This document shows positions 50,682 to 60,200 of a stretch of 64,000 nucleotides of DNA, piece after piece. The number at the start of each line of letters is the position of its first letter. The stretch's first letter is position 1. The position numbers and the translations under genes are program-made. Source of the stretch: an uncultured delta proteobacterium. Lineage in GTDB: Bacteria > Myxococcota_A > Polyangia > Fen-1088. The stretch is from assembly GCA_963796685.1 (NCBI GenBank), contig CAWCMR010000025.1:1664001-1728000 (forward strand). The letters run 5' to 3'. Under the pieces are notes generated by a model that did not search any database, was not told the origin of the DNA, and saw only the letters and a program-made list of their open reading frames with translations.

Positions 50682-51811
50682 GGCCGCCCCCCAAGGACGT
50701 TCTTCTCGTAGAGCTGGGAGAGGCTGTAGTCCTCGAGCCACGCGGTCAGCGCAGCAGGATCTAGCCGCTTGAAGGAAGTCTCGCCCCGGCTGCGTTCGGT
50801 GACGACCACCTCGTCAGGCTCGAACTCGTCCAGCAGGGCTGGTGACTGCGTCGTGATCAGTACCTGGCAGCGAGTCGACACCGAGTGTACGAGCGACGCG
50901 AAGATGCCGATCGCCGCTGGATGCAGTCCCAACTCGGGCTCGTCGATGACGACGAGCCCGGGCAGGCTAGTCGAGGGTTGCGCCAGGGCAGCGATCAGCG
51001 CGATGGCACGCAGGGTCCCGTCCGAGAGGTCGTGGGTATCGAAACGATGGTCTCTTTCATCGGTCCAGTACAAGCGCACTGCAGATGTCTCGGGATGGTC
51101 GGGATCTACTAAATCGGGATCCAGGGTCTTGATGAACGGTGCAATTCGCTGAATGAGAGCGCTGATGAGGTTCCACGACTGGGTCGTTCCCTCCGCATCA
51201 CTGCCCTTGAGGCGATAGAGAAACGCCGCCAGGTTGGCACCGTCTGAATGAAGAGCGCGGTTGTCGACCTGGCGCCAGTTCTGTCGCAGCGGCGCGGTCG
51301 GCGATGTGTCGGGAAAGTGGAAGAAGCCGATGCCACTGACCAGACGGCCAAGAATTCGCAGTTGATTCTCGCCGCCCGGACGGTCGGCATCGGCAAGAAT
51401 AGATTCCCTCAGCCCGGCGCTGCCTAGAAATGTGTCCAGATGTTGGTCGGACAGACGCTCGGCCGCCACGTACTCATCCCGAAAGGAGAGGACGTCGCCT
51501 GCCGCGTACCCAAGCCGGCCCGTGTAGCTGAAGCGATTCTCGCTCGATATGAATTCCAACCCGATGCTCAGCTCCTGGGTAATTTGAGCCCCGTAGTGCA
51601 GAAGCGCTGAAGCTCCGCCCTGATCACCAACGAATCGCGCCAAGGACCCGGCGCGCATCAACGGTACCAACCGGAGGGCGGAGAGTAGGTTGGACTTCCC
51701 TGATCCGTTGGGCCCGATGAGCACCGTCACTGGCCCAAGATCCAGGGTGACATCGCGCAATGAGCGAAAGCCCGCCACGTGAATTTTGTTGAGCTTGGCT
51801 TCAGTCATCAT
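50678..51811 (-). CDS. ABC/AAA_21-family ATPase
   Basis: GPNGSGKSN, LSDGT signature, IDEPELGLHP, TTQSP. Confidence 0.9.
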   Translation of the reverse strand: MMTEAKLNKIHVAGFRSLRDVTLDLGPVTVLIGPNGSGKSNLLSALRLVPLMRAGSLARFVGDQGGASALLHYGAQITQELSIGLEFISSENRFSYTGRLGYAAGDVLSFRDEYVAAERLSDQHLDTFLGSAGLRESILADADRPGGENQLRILGRLVSGIGFFHFPDTSPTAPLRQNWRQVDNRALHSDGANLAAFLYRLKGSDAEGTTQSWNLISALIQRIAPFIKTLDPDLVDPDHPETSAVRLYWTDERDHRFDTHDLSDGTLRAIALIAALAQPSTSLPGLVVIDEPELGLHPAAIGIFASLVHSVSTRCQVLITTQSPALLDEFEPDEVVVTERSRGETSFKRLDPAALTAWLEDYSLSQLYEKNVLGGRP

Positions 51812-54800
51812 TCGTCGTTCTCCTCGTTCTCGAGGTCTTTCTCACGGGCCTTGGCGGCGCGCTTGGCCTTGCTGGCGCGCGTGCTGGGTGGTGGGAAGCG
51901 TTTGCGCCAGTCTTCGATCAGCTCGGGGCTGGGGCCTTGGGGGCCGACCAGGGCTTGTAGCTCGGCCTTGAGGCGCGCGGCTGCTGCGGGATCTTCGCGG
52001 AACACGTCGGGCAGCAGGCGCCAGGCGCTGTCGAGAAGGCCGATGCGATCGGCCAGCGGCACGTCGGCGTCTTCCAGGTTCTCGTCGATGGCCAGGATGG
52101 CGCGCAAGCGTTGCACCGGGGTCCAACCGGCCCAGCCGTAGAGGGTTTCGACGCCGGAGCGGCCGGGGACTTCGGTGAAGGCGATGAAACGTTCTTTGGG
52201 AACGTCGAGCTTGCCGCGGAGTTGCCAGTATTCCGTTTTGAGGAAGTCGCCTGAGCCGTAGCTCGGTGGCACCTCGGGCGTGACCTTTTCGCCGGCATCC
52301 TCGCGTCGCTGGTCCTCCCAGGTGCGCTCCCAGGCGTCTCGCTTCACAAGGCCGGCGGGCTTGTAGACGTGGAAGCGGTGATTCGGCACCATATCGCCGA
52401 ACAACGCCTCGGCCACGAGCTGCGACAGATTGAAGTCGCGCCGCCCGGCTAACAATTCGCTGACGGCCAGGACATGCGGATCGTCCTGCAACGAGGCCAC
52501 AGTCTGATCGAGCGAAAACACGCCTTGCCGATCCTTGGCGGCGGCCTCGACTCGGTCGGCAAGCCAAGTCTGCATGGCCTCTTTCTCTTCTGCCTCGTAG
52601 TCCGGGCAATACCAACGCCGCTTGAAGCTTGGGTTTTCGATAAGGGCAAGAGCAGGAACAGTGCGAATCCGCTGGCGGCGCACCTCAATGCGGGCACGAA
52701 GCTCGTGTGGCACTTCAGGTGGAAGCTCGGTCAAAGGTTGCCAACGATGACGTTCGAACCAGACAGTCGGCAGTGCTCCAGGATTCCGTTCTTGCGCTAG
52801 TTCGGCGCGAGTATCAGCATCTCGGGCGGCGAAGCTCAGGCACCACGGAAGCCAGTTTGGCGAGACCGGCTCCACCTTATCGGGTGAAACGATAGTAGGG
52901 GTGTCATCAAAGCCATAGAGGCTGTAGACCAACCAGTCGAGTTCTTCCTGGAGACCGACCATGTTCAGTAGACAGCGAAAATCAGATTCTCGTCTGCGAT
53001 TAAGCAACAGCCGGAGATCGGACTGGCTCACCCAAGTTGGCTCAGAGAGCGTCCCAACAACGCTCGCAGCAGCTCGTTCGCGCGCGAGTTTGTCGATTGC
53101 AACAGCGTACTCGCGAGTGGAATTCGCCCCAGCCGGCACGGGCATGGCCGCCAACTTCGTGGAGTCTCGAACATAGCGCTCCATCCATGGCTCAGGTTCA
53201 AGCCCGCGCCCGACGCCACCGGCAGCCTTCGGTTGGAACACCTGCTTCATCCAAAATTCGGCTGAAGAGGAATTCAAGATGCCCAGAACTGCAAGGTATG
53301 AACTTTCGTCAGCTTCCGGCGGAAGCTTGATTACAGGCGCCTCGCTGTTGAAAAGATGCCGTCCTCGAACAAGCGCAAAATGATTGTGCGTTGAGACCCT
53401 TGGACTCGCGAGCTGGATTCCCTGCTGAACTAGGCTTTTCGTAAACTGCATATATTCAAACCACTCAAGACCGGCATCCGCCATAACCCCCTGAAACGTC
53501 GCCCGGTTCGCGAGAGAAGTGCGAAATCTCCACAGGCTTCTGAAGTCGCCCGACCATTCCTCCTTTGAAAGAGAAGCATCAACTCCGCCGTCGGATAGCA
53601 TGTAGGGGAACCATGCCCGCTCGGATGACATAGACGACCAGTCCCGGATGTGTCTTCCGCGAAAGTGGGCCAGGCAGTGACTAGGGTCGAATGAACGCCG
53701 AAGCACCTCGAGTTCATCGTGGCAAACGAAGACATTCTCGAGCGCTATCCGCACCCCACGCCCAATTGGCGACTCGACAGTACTAGACAGAGAATTTGCC
53801 GATGCTACTTCCATGCGCCGCTTCGTTTCGCCGGTTGTTCCACCGACAATGCTCCACGGATACCGTCGAAGTCGCAATCTATCCACGTCCTCAACGCTCA
53901 CGTACTCATTCTCGAATCCGACTTGAGTGTAGCCATAGAGAATGCTCTTCCACACCTCCCCCTGGGACGGATCTGCGAGTTTCACTAGCTCCCCCCGTTT
54001 GCTCATCACGATTCGCACGTACTTGTTTGTCGGGGGCTGGCTCCTGACGAAGAGGAGTACCGTCGCAGTTCCGTGGTGTGGTATTTGAGCCTGCGACGAA
54101 TCGACCACCAATGACAGGTCAACATTGGCGAGAACCTTCTCAATGAATGGCCGACCGTAGTCACTGCGCATAAACTGGTTATCAACTATTAGACCAACAT
54201 GACCGCCAGATACTGCACATTGGAAAGCGCGTTCAGCGAAAGGGCAACTCAAGTGATACTGTTTATGGGCAGATATATATCGCTGTTTCGAGCCCACCTT
54301 CTCCTTTTGATAGGCCTTGCGGCGAGCATCGCTCTCCACAATATACGGCGGATTCGCAACCACGGCGTGGAACTTCTTCGCAAACACCTTTCGCAATGCC
54401 GTCCGCACATCCGCTCGCGTGAGAGTGGCGCGCGGACGTTCTTCGGTCTTCTCGAAAAGGTCCGTCTGCAACGGCTGCTTGACCTCGTCGCGTTCGACCT
54501 GCTCCAGCCCGTCGGCCCAGTACACATGCGGATGGAACCGCGCCGCCTCAGCCAGAGCGCCCTTGCCGGCCAGCTCTGCGGCGGTCATCACCAACCGCGC
54601 ACGCGCCAGTCCGCAGGCGTAGTCGTTCAGATCAATGCCCACCACGCGGTCGAGGGCATGGTTGACAACAGCCTCGCGCTCCCAGTCTGGGTGCTTCGCG
54701 GCGGTGGCGGCAACGAGGCGCTTCAGTCCGTCGATCAGGAAGTGCCCTGAGCCGCAGGCCGGATCCAGCAGTCGAACGTCGTCGGCACCGAAGGTTTCGA

Positions 54801-55425
54801 TGGCGGGTGTCAGCGTGCGATCCAGGATGAACCCGCGCACGAAGTCGGGCGTCTGGCACAGAGCAAAGCGATCCTTCACCACCGGATCCAGCTCTTGGTA
54901 CAAATCGCCCATCAGCTCGCCTTCGAAGTGCTCGTCGGCAAAGCTCCAGGTAGCGCCCGTGTCCGCGTCGCGCTCGCGCCAGAAGCGAATCAAGGCGCGC
55001 GACAGCTCGTCCGAGGGCAGAGCGACCTCAGCGGGCTGCGGGCTGAACAGCTCGGGTAGGCCACCCTTTACGCTGGCCAGGTCGCGGTACACCCAACGCA
55101 GGAAGGCGGTCTCGCCCAGGTGTGGGGCCAGGCGCTCGAAAAGCTGCTGCGCCTCGGGATCCAGCAGGCGCCCAGGCGAGAGCAGTCCGCGATCTTCCAG
55201 CACGCGCAGGTAGACCGACTTCAGCACCCACAGCACGGCGGCCCGGCGCGAAAGTAGATCGGTCCAGACGTCGAAATCCTCGGCCACCTGCTCGTCGGCG
55301 TGAAGCCGCTGTGCCCGCTCGCGCGTGGGCCCGGGCGCGCGCATCTTGCCGCGCAGGTCAGCCGCGATCTTGGCGACTTGATCGCGCAGGGCTGAGGTCA
55401 GTCGGGCTCGCTCGGTCGGCTTCAT
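51808..55425 (-). CDS. pglX: BREX-2 N6-adenine DNA methyltransferase
   Basis: GDLYQ, QTPDFV, DPACGSGHF, NPPY, LQEELDW, RGKLDVPKERFI. Confidence 0.93.
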   Translation of the reverse strand: MKPTERARLTSALRDQVAKIAADLRGKMRAPGPTRERAQRLHADEQVAEDFDVWTDLLSRRAAVLWVLKSVYLRVLEDRGLLSPGRLLDPEAQQLFERLAPHLGETAFLRWVYRDLASVKGGLPELFSPQPAEVALPSDELSRALIRFWRERDADTGATWSFADEHFEGELMGDLYQELDPVVKDRFALCQTPDFVRGFILDRTLTPAIETFGADDVRLLDPACGSGHFLIDGLKRLVAATAAKHPDWEREAVVNHALDRVVGIDLNDYACGLARARLVMTAAELAGKGALAEAARFHPHVYWADGLEQVERDEVKQPLQTDLFEKTEERPRATLTRADVRTALRKVFAKKFHAVVANPPYIVESDARRKAYQKEKVGSKQRYISAHKQYHLSCPFAERAFQCAVSGGHVGLIVDNQFMRSDYGRPFIEKVLANVDLSLVVDSSQAQIPHHGTATVLLFVRSQPPTNKYVRIVMSKRGELVKLADPSQGEVWKSILYGYTQVGFENEYVSVEDVDRLRLRRYPWSIVGGTTGETKRRMEVASANSLSSTVESPIGRGVRIALENVFVCHDELEVLRRSFDPSHCLAHFRGRHIRDWSSMSSERAWFPYMLSDGGVDASLSKEEWSGDFRSLWRFRTSLANRATFQGVMADAGLEWFEYMQFTKSLVQQGIQLASPRVSTHNHFALVRGRHLFNSEAPVIKLPPEADESSYLAVLGILNSSSAEFWMKQVFQPKAAGGVGRGLEPEPWMERYVRDSTKLAAMPVPAGANSTREYAVAIDKLARERAAASVVGTLSEPTWVSQSDLRLLLNRRRESDFRCLLNMVGLQEELDWLVYSLYGFDDTPTIVSPDKVEPVSPNWLPWCLSFAARDADTRAELAQERNPGALPTVWFERHRWQPLTELPPEVPHELRARIEVRRQRIRTVPALALIENPSFKRRWYCPDYEAEEKEAMQTWLADRVEAAAKDRQGVFSLDQTVASLQDDPHVLAVSELLAGRRDFNLSQLVAEALFGDMVPNHRFHVYKPAGLVKRDAWERTWEDQRREDAGEKVTPEVPPSYGSGDFLKTEYWQLRGKLDVPKERFIAFTEVPGRSGVETLYGWAGWTPVQRLRAILAIDENLEDADVPLADRIGLLDSAWRLLPDVFREDPAAAARLKAELQALVGPQGPSPELIEDWRKRFPPPSTRASKAKRAAKAREKDLENEENDE

Positions 55426-57293
55426 GGTTCTTTCTTCGCTGTGCGATAGGCTTGAAAGGGATGCTGCGGGTTGTCCGGATGGCGTCGCTCCAGCTCGCCG
55501 CGCTCGATCAGCGGGCGCAGATACATGGTACGGACGGTGCTCTCACGCCGGCCGATGGCCTCGGCAATTTCTGGCAATGTGCGCCAAGCCCCGGTGCAGA
55601 ATTGCAGGACTGCGCCAAGCTGCTCCTGCATGGGCTTCCAGCCACGTCTTTCCTCGGAGCTTTCCTCGGAGGTTTCCTCGGAGGTTTCCTCGGAGCCTGG
55701 CGAACTTTCCTCGGAGCTTTGCTCGGAGCTGGCCCCACTTTGCCCGGAGCTTTGCCCGATGGTTTGCCCGGAGCTTTCCTCGATGCCGGGCAGACGGACT
55801 TGGGCCGGGACCAGCAGGGTATAGGTCTTGCTTCGTGACGGCCCCGAGGACGCGAGCAGCTTCTTGCGCAGCAGCTCCTGCAACTTCAGTGTGACGTCGC
55901 GCGTGTGGGCGTCGGTCAAGGTGGCCAAGCGGGCGTGGGTAATCCCGCCTTCGGCATGGGCAGTCACCAGGGCCAGGCGGCCCAGCTCGTTTTGGGCGTC
56001 GAACTGCGGCCCCAGAAGCTGCTGCAGCGCCACGATGGACGCCTCGGGCAGCAGGCTGAGCTGGCGCAGGCGTAGATGGGCCTCGGAATGCTCGACGTCT
56101 TCGGTCAGCGCTGGGGGCTGCCAGTGCTGGTGGGCCCATGCCTGCCGGATAGCCGGACCGCCCGATCCCTCGTGCTCGCCAAGCTGAATCAAGCCAAAGA
56201 GGTGCTGCAAGACGGGGTTGCGACATTCGCTGATGCCGCCCTTCCACACCTGTTGCGGGGAGACGAGCAGCAGGCCCGGGTTGATGAACTCGTACCCCGA
56301 AAGGTCGCGGAGAGCGCGAACGCCCGACCGCCCCTCGTAGTCGGCGTGGATGATGGTGTTCACCAGTGCCTCGCGCACTGCCTTGTGGGCAGGGGTCTCG
56401 TCGCGCCGGAACTGCCCTGCTTCAAGTGCGAACGGAACCTTCAGGCCCTGGTAAAGCTTGCTGATGACCCTGCTGTAGAACTGGAAGGCATTGGCGTTCC
56501 ACGTGCCGTCGCAGGCGATGCGGTCCACCCAGCGCTCCCCGCTCGACGGATCCGGCGGAAGCTCGCGGTAACTCAGGTGCCAGTGCGGAAAGCGCTCGCG
56601 CAGTGCCTGCTCGCGTCCGAGCATCAACAGGCCACCAAGGGTCAGGCCATCGACGTCGTTAACACGGTCGCGGGCGATCACGCCGGATTGGCGAAGAAAG
56701 CCTGCGTCGTCCTCGCTGACGAAGGGGTGATCGGGCCGCTTGGCGGCGAAGACGTTCCGGTAGGCGCGCACACTGTCCGGATCGAGGTCGGCGTCGCCAT
56801 AGCCCTCCAGCACCGAGCCGTCTCGTTCCGGCAGAGCGTCCGCCATCATCCGTCGCGCGACATCGCGATCAGCCAAGCGGTCGCCCTCGTGCACTCGCAG
56901 ATAGGTTCCGCGCTCCCACGATCCGTTGAGAAAGACCGGGCGCTGGCCGCGTGGGGCTTTGGGGACTCGGACCACGAGCAAGAGGTGCCCATCGACTGGT
57001 TCGCGAGTCACGCCCTGGCGCACAAGGATGTTGGCGCTGACCTTCTGCGGGTTCTGCAGGCAATTCCAAAGATCGCGTTCGACCTTGTCGATGTCGGGAA
57101 TGCCACGAAGATCGAACGATCCGTCGGCGCGCTCTTTGGCACCAAGGACGATCATCCCGCCTTCGGTGTTCGCCATGGCGCTGTAGGTTTCCCAGAACGA
57201 TTCCGGCAACTCGCCCTGCCCGTCCCGGCCAAGGGCAAGCTTGGCCTCGAAGTCCCAGCCTTCGCGCAAGACCTCGAATTCGTCGCGGGTCAT
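55422..57293 (-). CDS. Schlafen/AlbA_2 domain + HATPase_c_4-like + wHTH protein
   Basis: E...FEAK, SAMANTEGG.IVLG, REALVNTIIHADY, RNP; C-terminal HTH. Confidence 0.87.
   Translation of the reverse strand: MTRDEFEVLREGWDFEAKLALGRDGQGELPESFWETYSAMANTEGGMIVLGAKERADGSFDLRGIPDIDKVERDLWNCLQNPQKVSANILVRQGVTREPVDGHLLLVVRVPKAPRGQRPVFLNGSWERGTYLRVHEGDRLADRDVARRMMADALPERDGSVLEGYGDADLDPDSVRAYRNVFAAKRPDHPFVSEDDAGFLRQSGVIARDRVNDVDGLTLGGLLMLGREQALRERFPHWHLSYRELPPDPSSGERWVDRIACDGTWNANAFQFYSRVISKLYQGLKVPFALEAGQFRRDETPAHKAVREALVNTIIHADYEGRSGVRALRDLSGYEFINPGLLLVSPQQVWKGGISECRNPVLQHLFGLIQLGEHEGSGGPAIRQAWAHQHWQPPALTEDVEHSEAHLRLRQLSLLPEASIVALQQLLGPQFDAQNELGRLALVTAHAEGGITHARLATLTDAHTRDVTLKLQELLRKKLLASSGPSRSKTYTLLVPAQVRLPGIEESSGQTIGQSSGQSGASSEQSSEESSPGSEETSEETSEESSEERRGWKPMQEQLGAVLQFCTGAWRTLPEIAEAIGRRESTVRTMYLRPLIERGELERRHPDNPQHPFQAYRTAKKEP
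55649..55783. repeat. Degenerate 12-bp tandem repeats encoding (S/T)SEE/SSGQ linker
   Basis: TTTCCTCGGAG(C/G) and TTTGCCCGGAGC units. Confidence 0.8.
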
Positions 57294-60200
57294 GCGCCCT
57301 GGCCTCCCACGCGCTTGGCATCAATGCAAAGCGGGTTGGCAAGGGGCAGCGTGGCGCCATCCAGGTGCCACATGGGTGAGCCTTCGTTGAATAGCGGCTG
57401 CTGTTTGTGGATCACGCCGGGAACAACCAGGATCCAGAAGCCATGGCTGCCAGATAAGGTTTCGTCGTAGAGCCGCCGCGGCAAATCGAGGGCGTCGCAA
57501 AGGGCAAACAGCGCTGTGTCGCCAACAACAATGGTCTTGCCCACGCCGCCGTGTTCCTCCAGCAGACGGAAGAGCGTGGCCTCGGCGGCCTCGGTCAAGG
57601 CGTCTCGCTGGGCAACGAATTTCTCTGCCCGTTCGAGTGAAAGCATGTCGGCGGCATGATCGGAGAAGAAGGCGTCTTCGAACGAGACCCAGGTGCCGCC
57701 GAGGCAGGCGGCGACCGAGCGACCGATCTCGGGATGGCGCTCGGGCGGCGTGACGAGCATGCGAAACCCACGCGTACCGGCAGCGTCGCGCAGCATGTCC
57801 CGAACTGCATCCTCGGGGCTGCGTTCGCTGCGGAAGGTGGACGGCAACTCGTCAGGGGCGAGTGCTGGTGTGGCGATGATCGATCCGGTTCGTCCGGGCA
57901 GGACGGTATCGCCCTGCACGCGACATTCGAGCTCGCGAAGGATCTCGAGCAGGTGGTCAGGCGCGGGATAGGGGGTGTCTTCGCCAAAAGCGCGACGGAC
58001 ACGACGCTCTAGCTCGTCCAGCGACATGGGGTCGCGCGCCAGCTCGAGTACAAACCCGATGCTCTGCTTGGGTTCAAGGGGCCCAACGAAAAGGTGGCCT
58101 GACTCAGTAGTCAGGACGTCGTCACAAAGGCGCACCCCCAGCGCGAGAGCGTCACCTTCAAAATGCGGCAAGAGTGCGGCGAGGGTCTTGCGGGCGGTCT
58201 CGGGTTCGACGGGGGGCCACTGGCTGGCCAGGCGTACGGTCTCGGCGGCGAAGTCATAGAGGGTCTTTCGATCGTAAATCGGACGCGCCACCAGGGGCTG
58301 GTCTGCGCCATCCACCTCGATCAGATGAGCCCGGCCCGAGGAGGTACGGACCAGAAGACGAACGATGCCGGAGCCGGTCACGACCGCCGCCGGCCACTCT
58401 TCTTCGAAGCGCGCGCCGATGTCGTCCAGACGAGCGATGCCACTGAACCCGTCGAGCACGTTGTCGAGGGCCTGCATCAGGTCGGCCAGCGCGCCCTGGT
58501 CGAACCGTTCGAGGCCGATGGAAAGGTCGATGCTGATCTGGGACTGGCTCTTGTGAAGATCCTCGGCGATCTCGCCCTGCTGCTCAGGTTCTCCCGTGAT
58601 GCCGATGGTGCGCTCGACCGCGATTCGCTGACCATCGCTCAGCGGACGAGATGCAAGCTCCCAAATTCGATCGAGCGTGTAGGCGCCTTCGGCGGATTCC
58701 GGGCTGTGCGACTGAAAACGATGAAGTGCCTCCACGACCTGGGCCAGTCGGGTCCGACCGATTCCATCGACTTCGAGCAGCTCGTCGCGTGACAGGGCGG
58801 CCACGGCACCGACGGTCGGAAGATCGGCGGCGACCAATGCCGCCCTTAGCGTGGCGGGAAGGGGCAGCTTCTCGACGGGCTCGGGGCAGTCGACGAGATC
58901 GGGCATGAGGGAAGTCTCGATCGGCTGCCCGGGCACCGGCGCAGTCGGGGCAACGCCCTGAGCGCGCATGGACTCTTGGAATCTGATGATATCGGAGGCT
59001 GTCTTGCTGCCGATGGCGTGAATCGTCCGAATCTGGGTCGGCTGCAAGGCCAGAAGCTGGCCAACCGTGTGTACGTGGCTGCGAACGAGCGCGTTGATTG
59101 CCCTTCGAGAGAGTCCGGCGGTTCGAAGAGAGGCCGTGGGCTCAAGGCGCGGCGGTGGCTGGCCAGAGGACGCTGCAGCGGAGTCATCTCCGAGAGCGAC
59201 CAGCAGTGCGTCTCGCATCGAGCGTGCAGAGGGGAAGCGTTTTTCGGGAACGGGATCGAGCGCCTTGCGAAAGAAGGAGGCAAGGCCGGACGGCGAGATA
59301 TCGTCCTCGCGAACGGAGGGTGCCTGGCCCGGTTCGGGCACGTGCCCATCAAAGGCGTGTCGTCCGGCGTAGAGCTCGAACAGGCAAAGCGCGGCGGCGA
59401 AACGGTCCGTAGCGTGCGTCCACATGGCGCTGGCCGGGTCGCGGTACAGGGCTGTCCCGCCGTAGGGCGCATCCACGGGAATTCCCGCCAGGCTGAAGTC
59501 GATGATGGTGAGGCGGCCGTCGCTGACCAGCAGGTTGTCAGGCTTGAGATCTTTGTGCGTGACCGCCTTCTGTTCGAGGTAATCCAGGCCCGCCAGCAAA
59601 TCCTCGGCGAGCCGTCGTTGGGCGGTTGGTTCTGGTGTCGGGTGCTTTGCCAACCACTCGCGCAAGCTCTCGTCACCCACGCGCTCCATCACCAAGGTCA
59701 AGCGACCTTCGACCATCTTGGTCAGGTCGATCACCCGCACGATGTTGGGGTGGTCTAACGATGAGAGGGCGTGGTACTCGCCCTGCAGTGCCTCTTCGGC
59801 GGCATTTTCTGAACGGGCGATCTTGAGTGCGCGGGTGCGTCCGCTGAGCAGGTGGCGAGCGGCGTAGACCACCGCCATCCCACCCTGGCCAAGGCGGCCC
59901 GTGATCTCGTAGTCGGTGCCGACGAGCGTGCGGGGCTGAAGATTGTCGGCGTCGAGCGGCACGCGCCTGTCTGGGGGAATTCCCGGAAGCGCGGGCGACT
60001 CGGGCTCACGCGCCAGGCGAACGGCGGTGATGGCCTCCGGCAGCGACGAGAAGCGGTCGGTCGGCCGCAATTCGAGCATGCGCGCGACGGCCTCATCGAG
60101 TCGCAACGGAACCCGCGGGGCCACGTCGCGAACCCTCCGCATGAGCCGGCGCGCGGCCATCAACTGCCGGGTGCTGTCGAAGAGCGGCTTGCCCGTCAGC

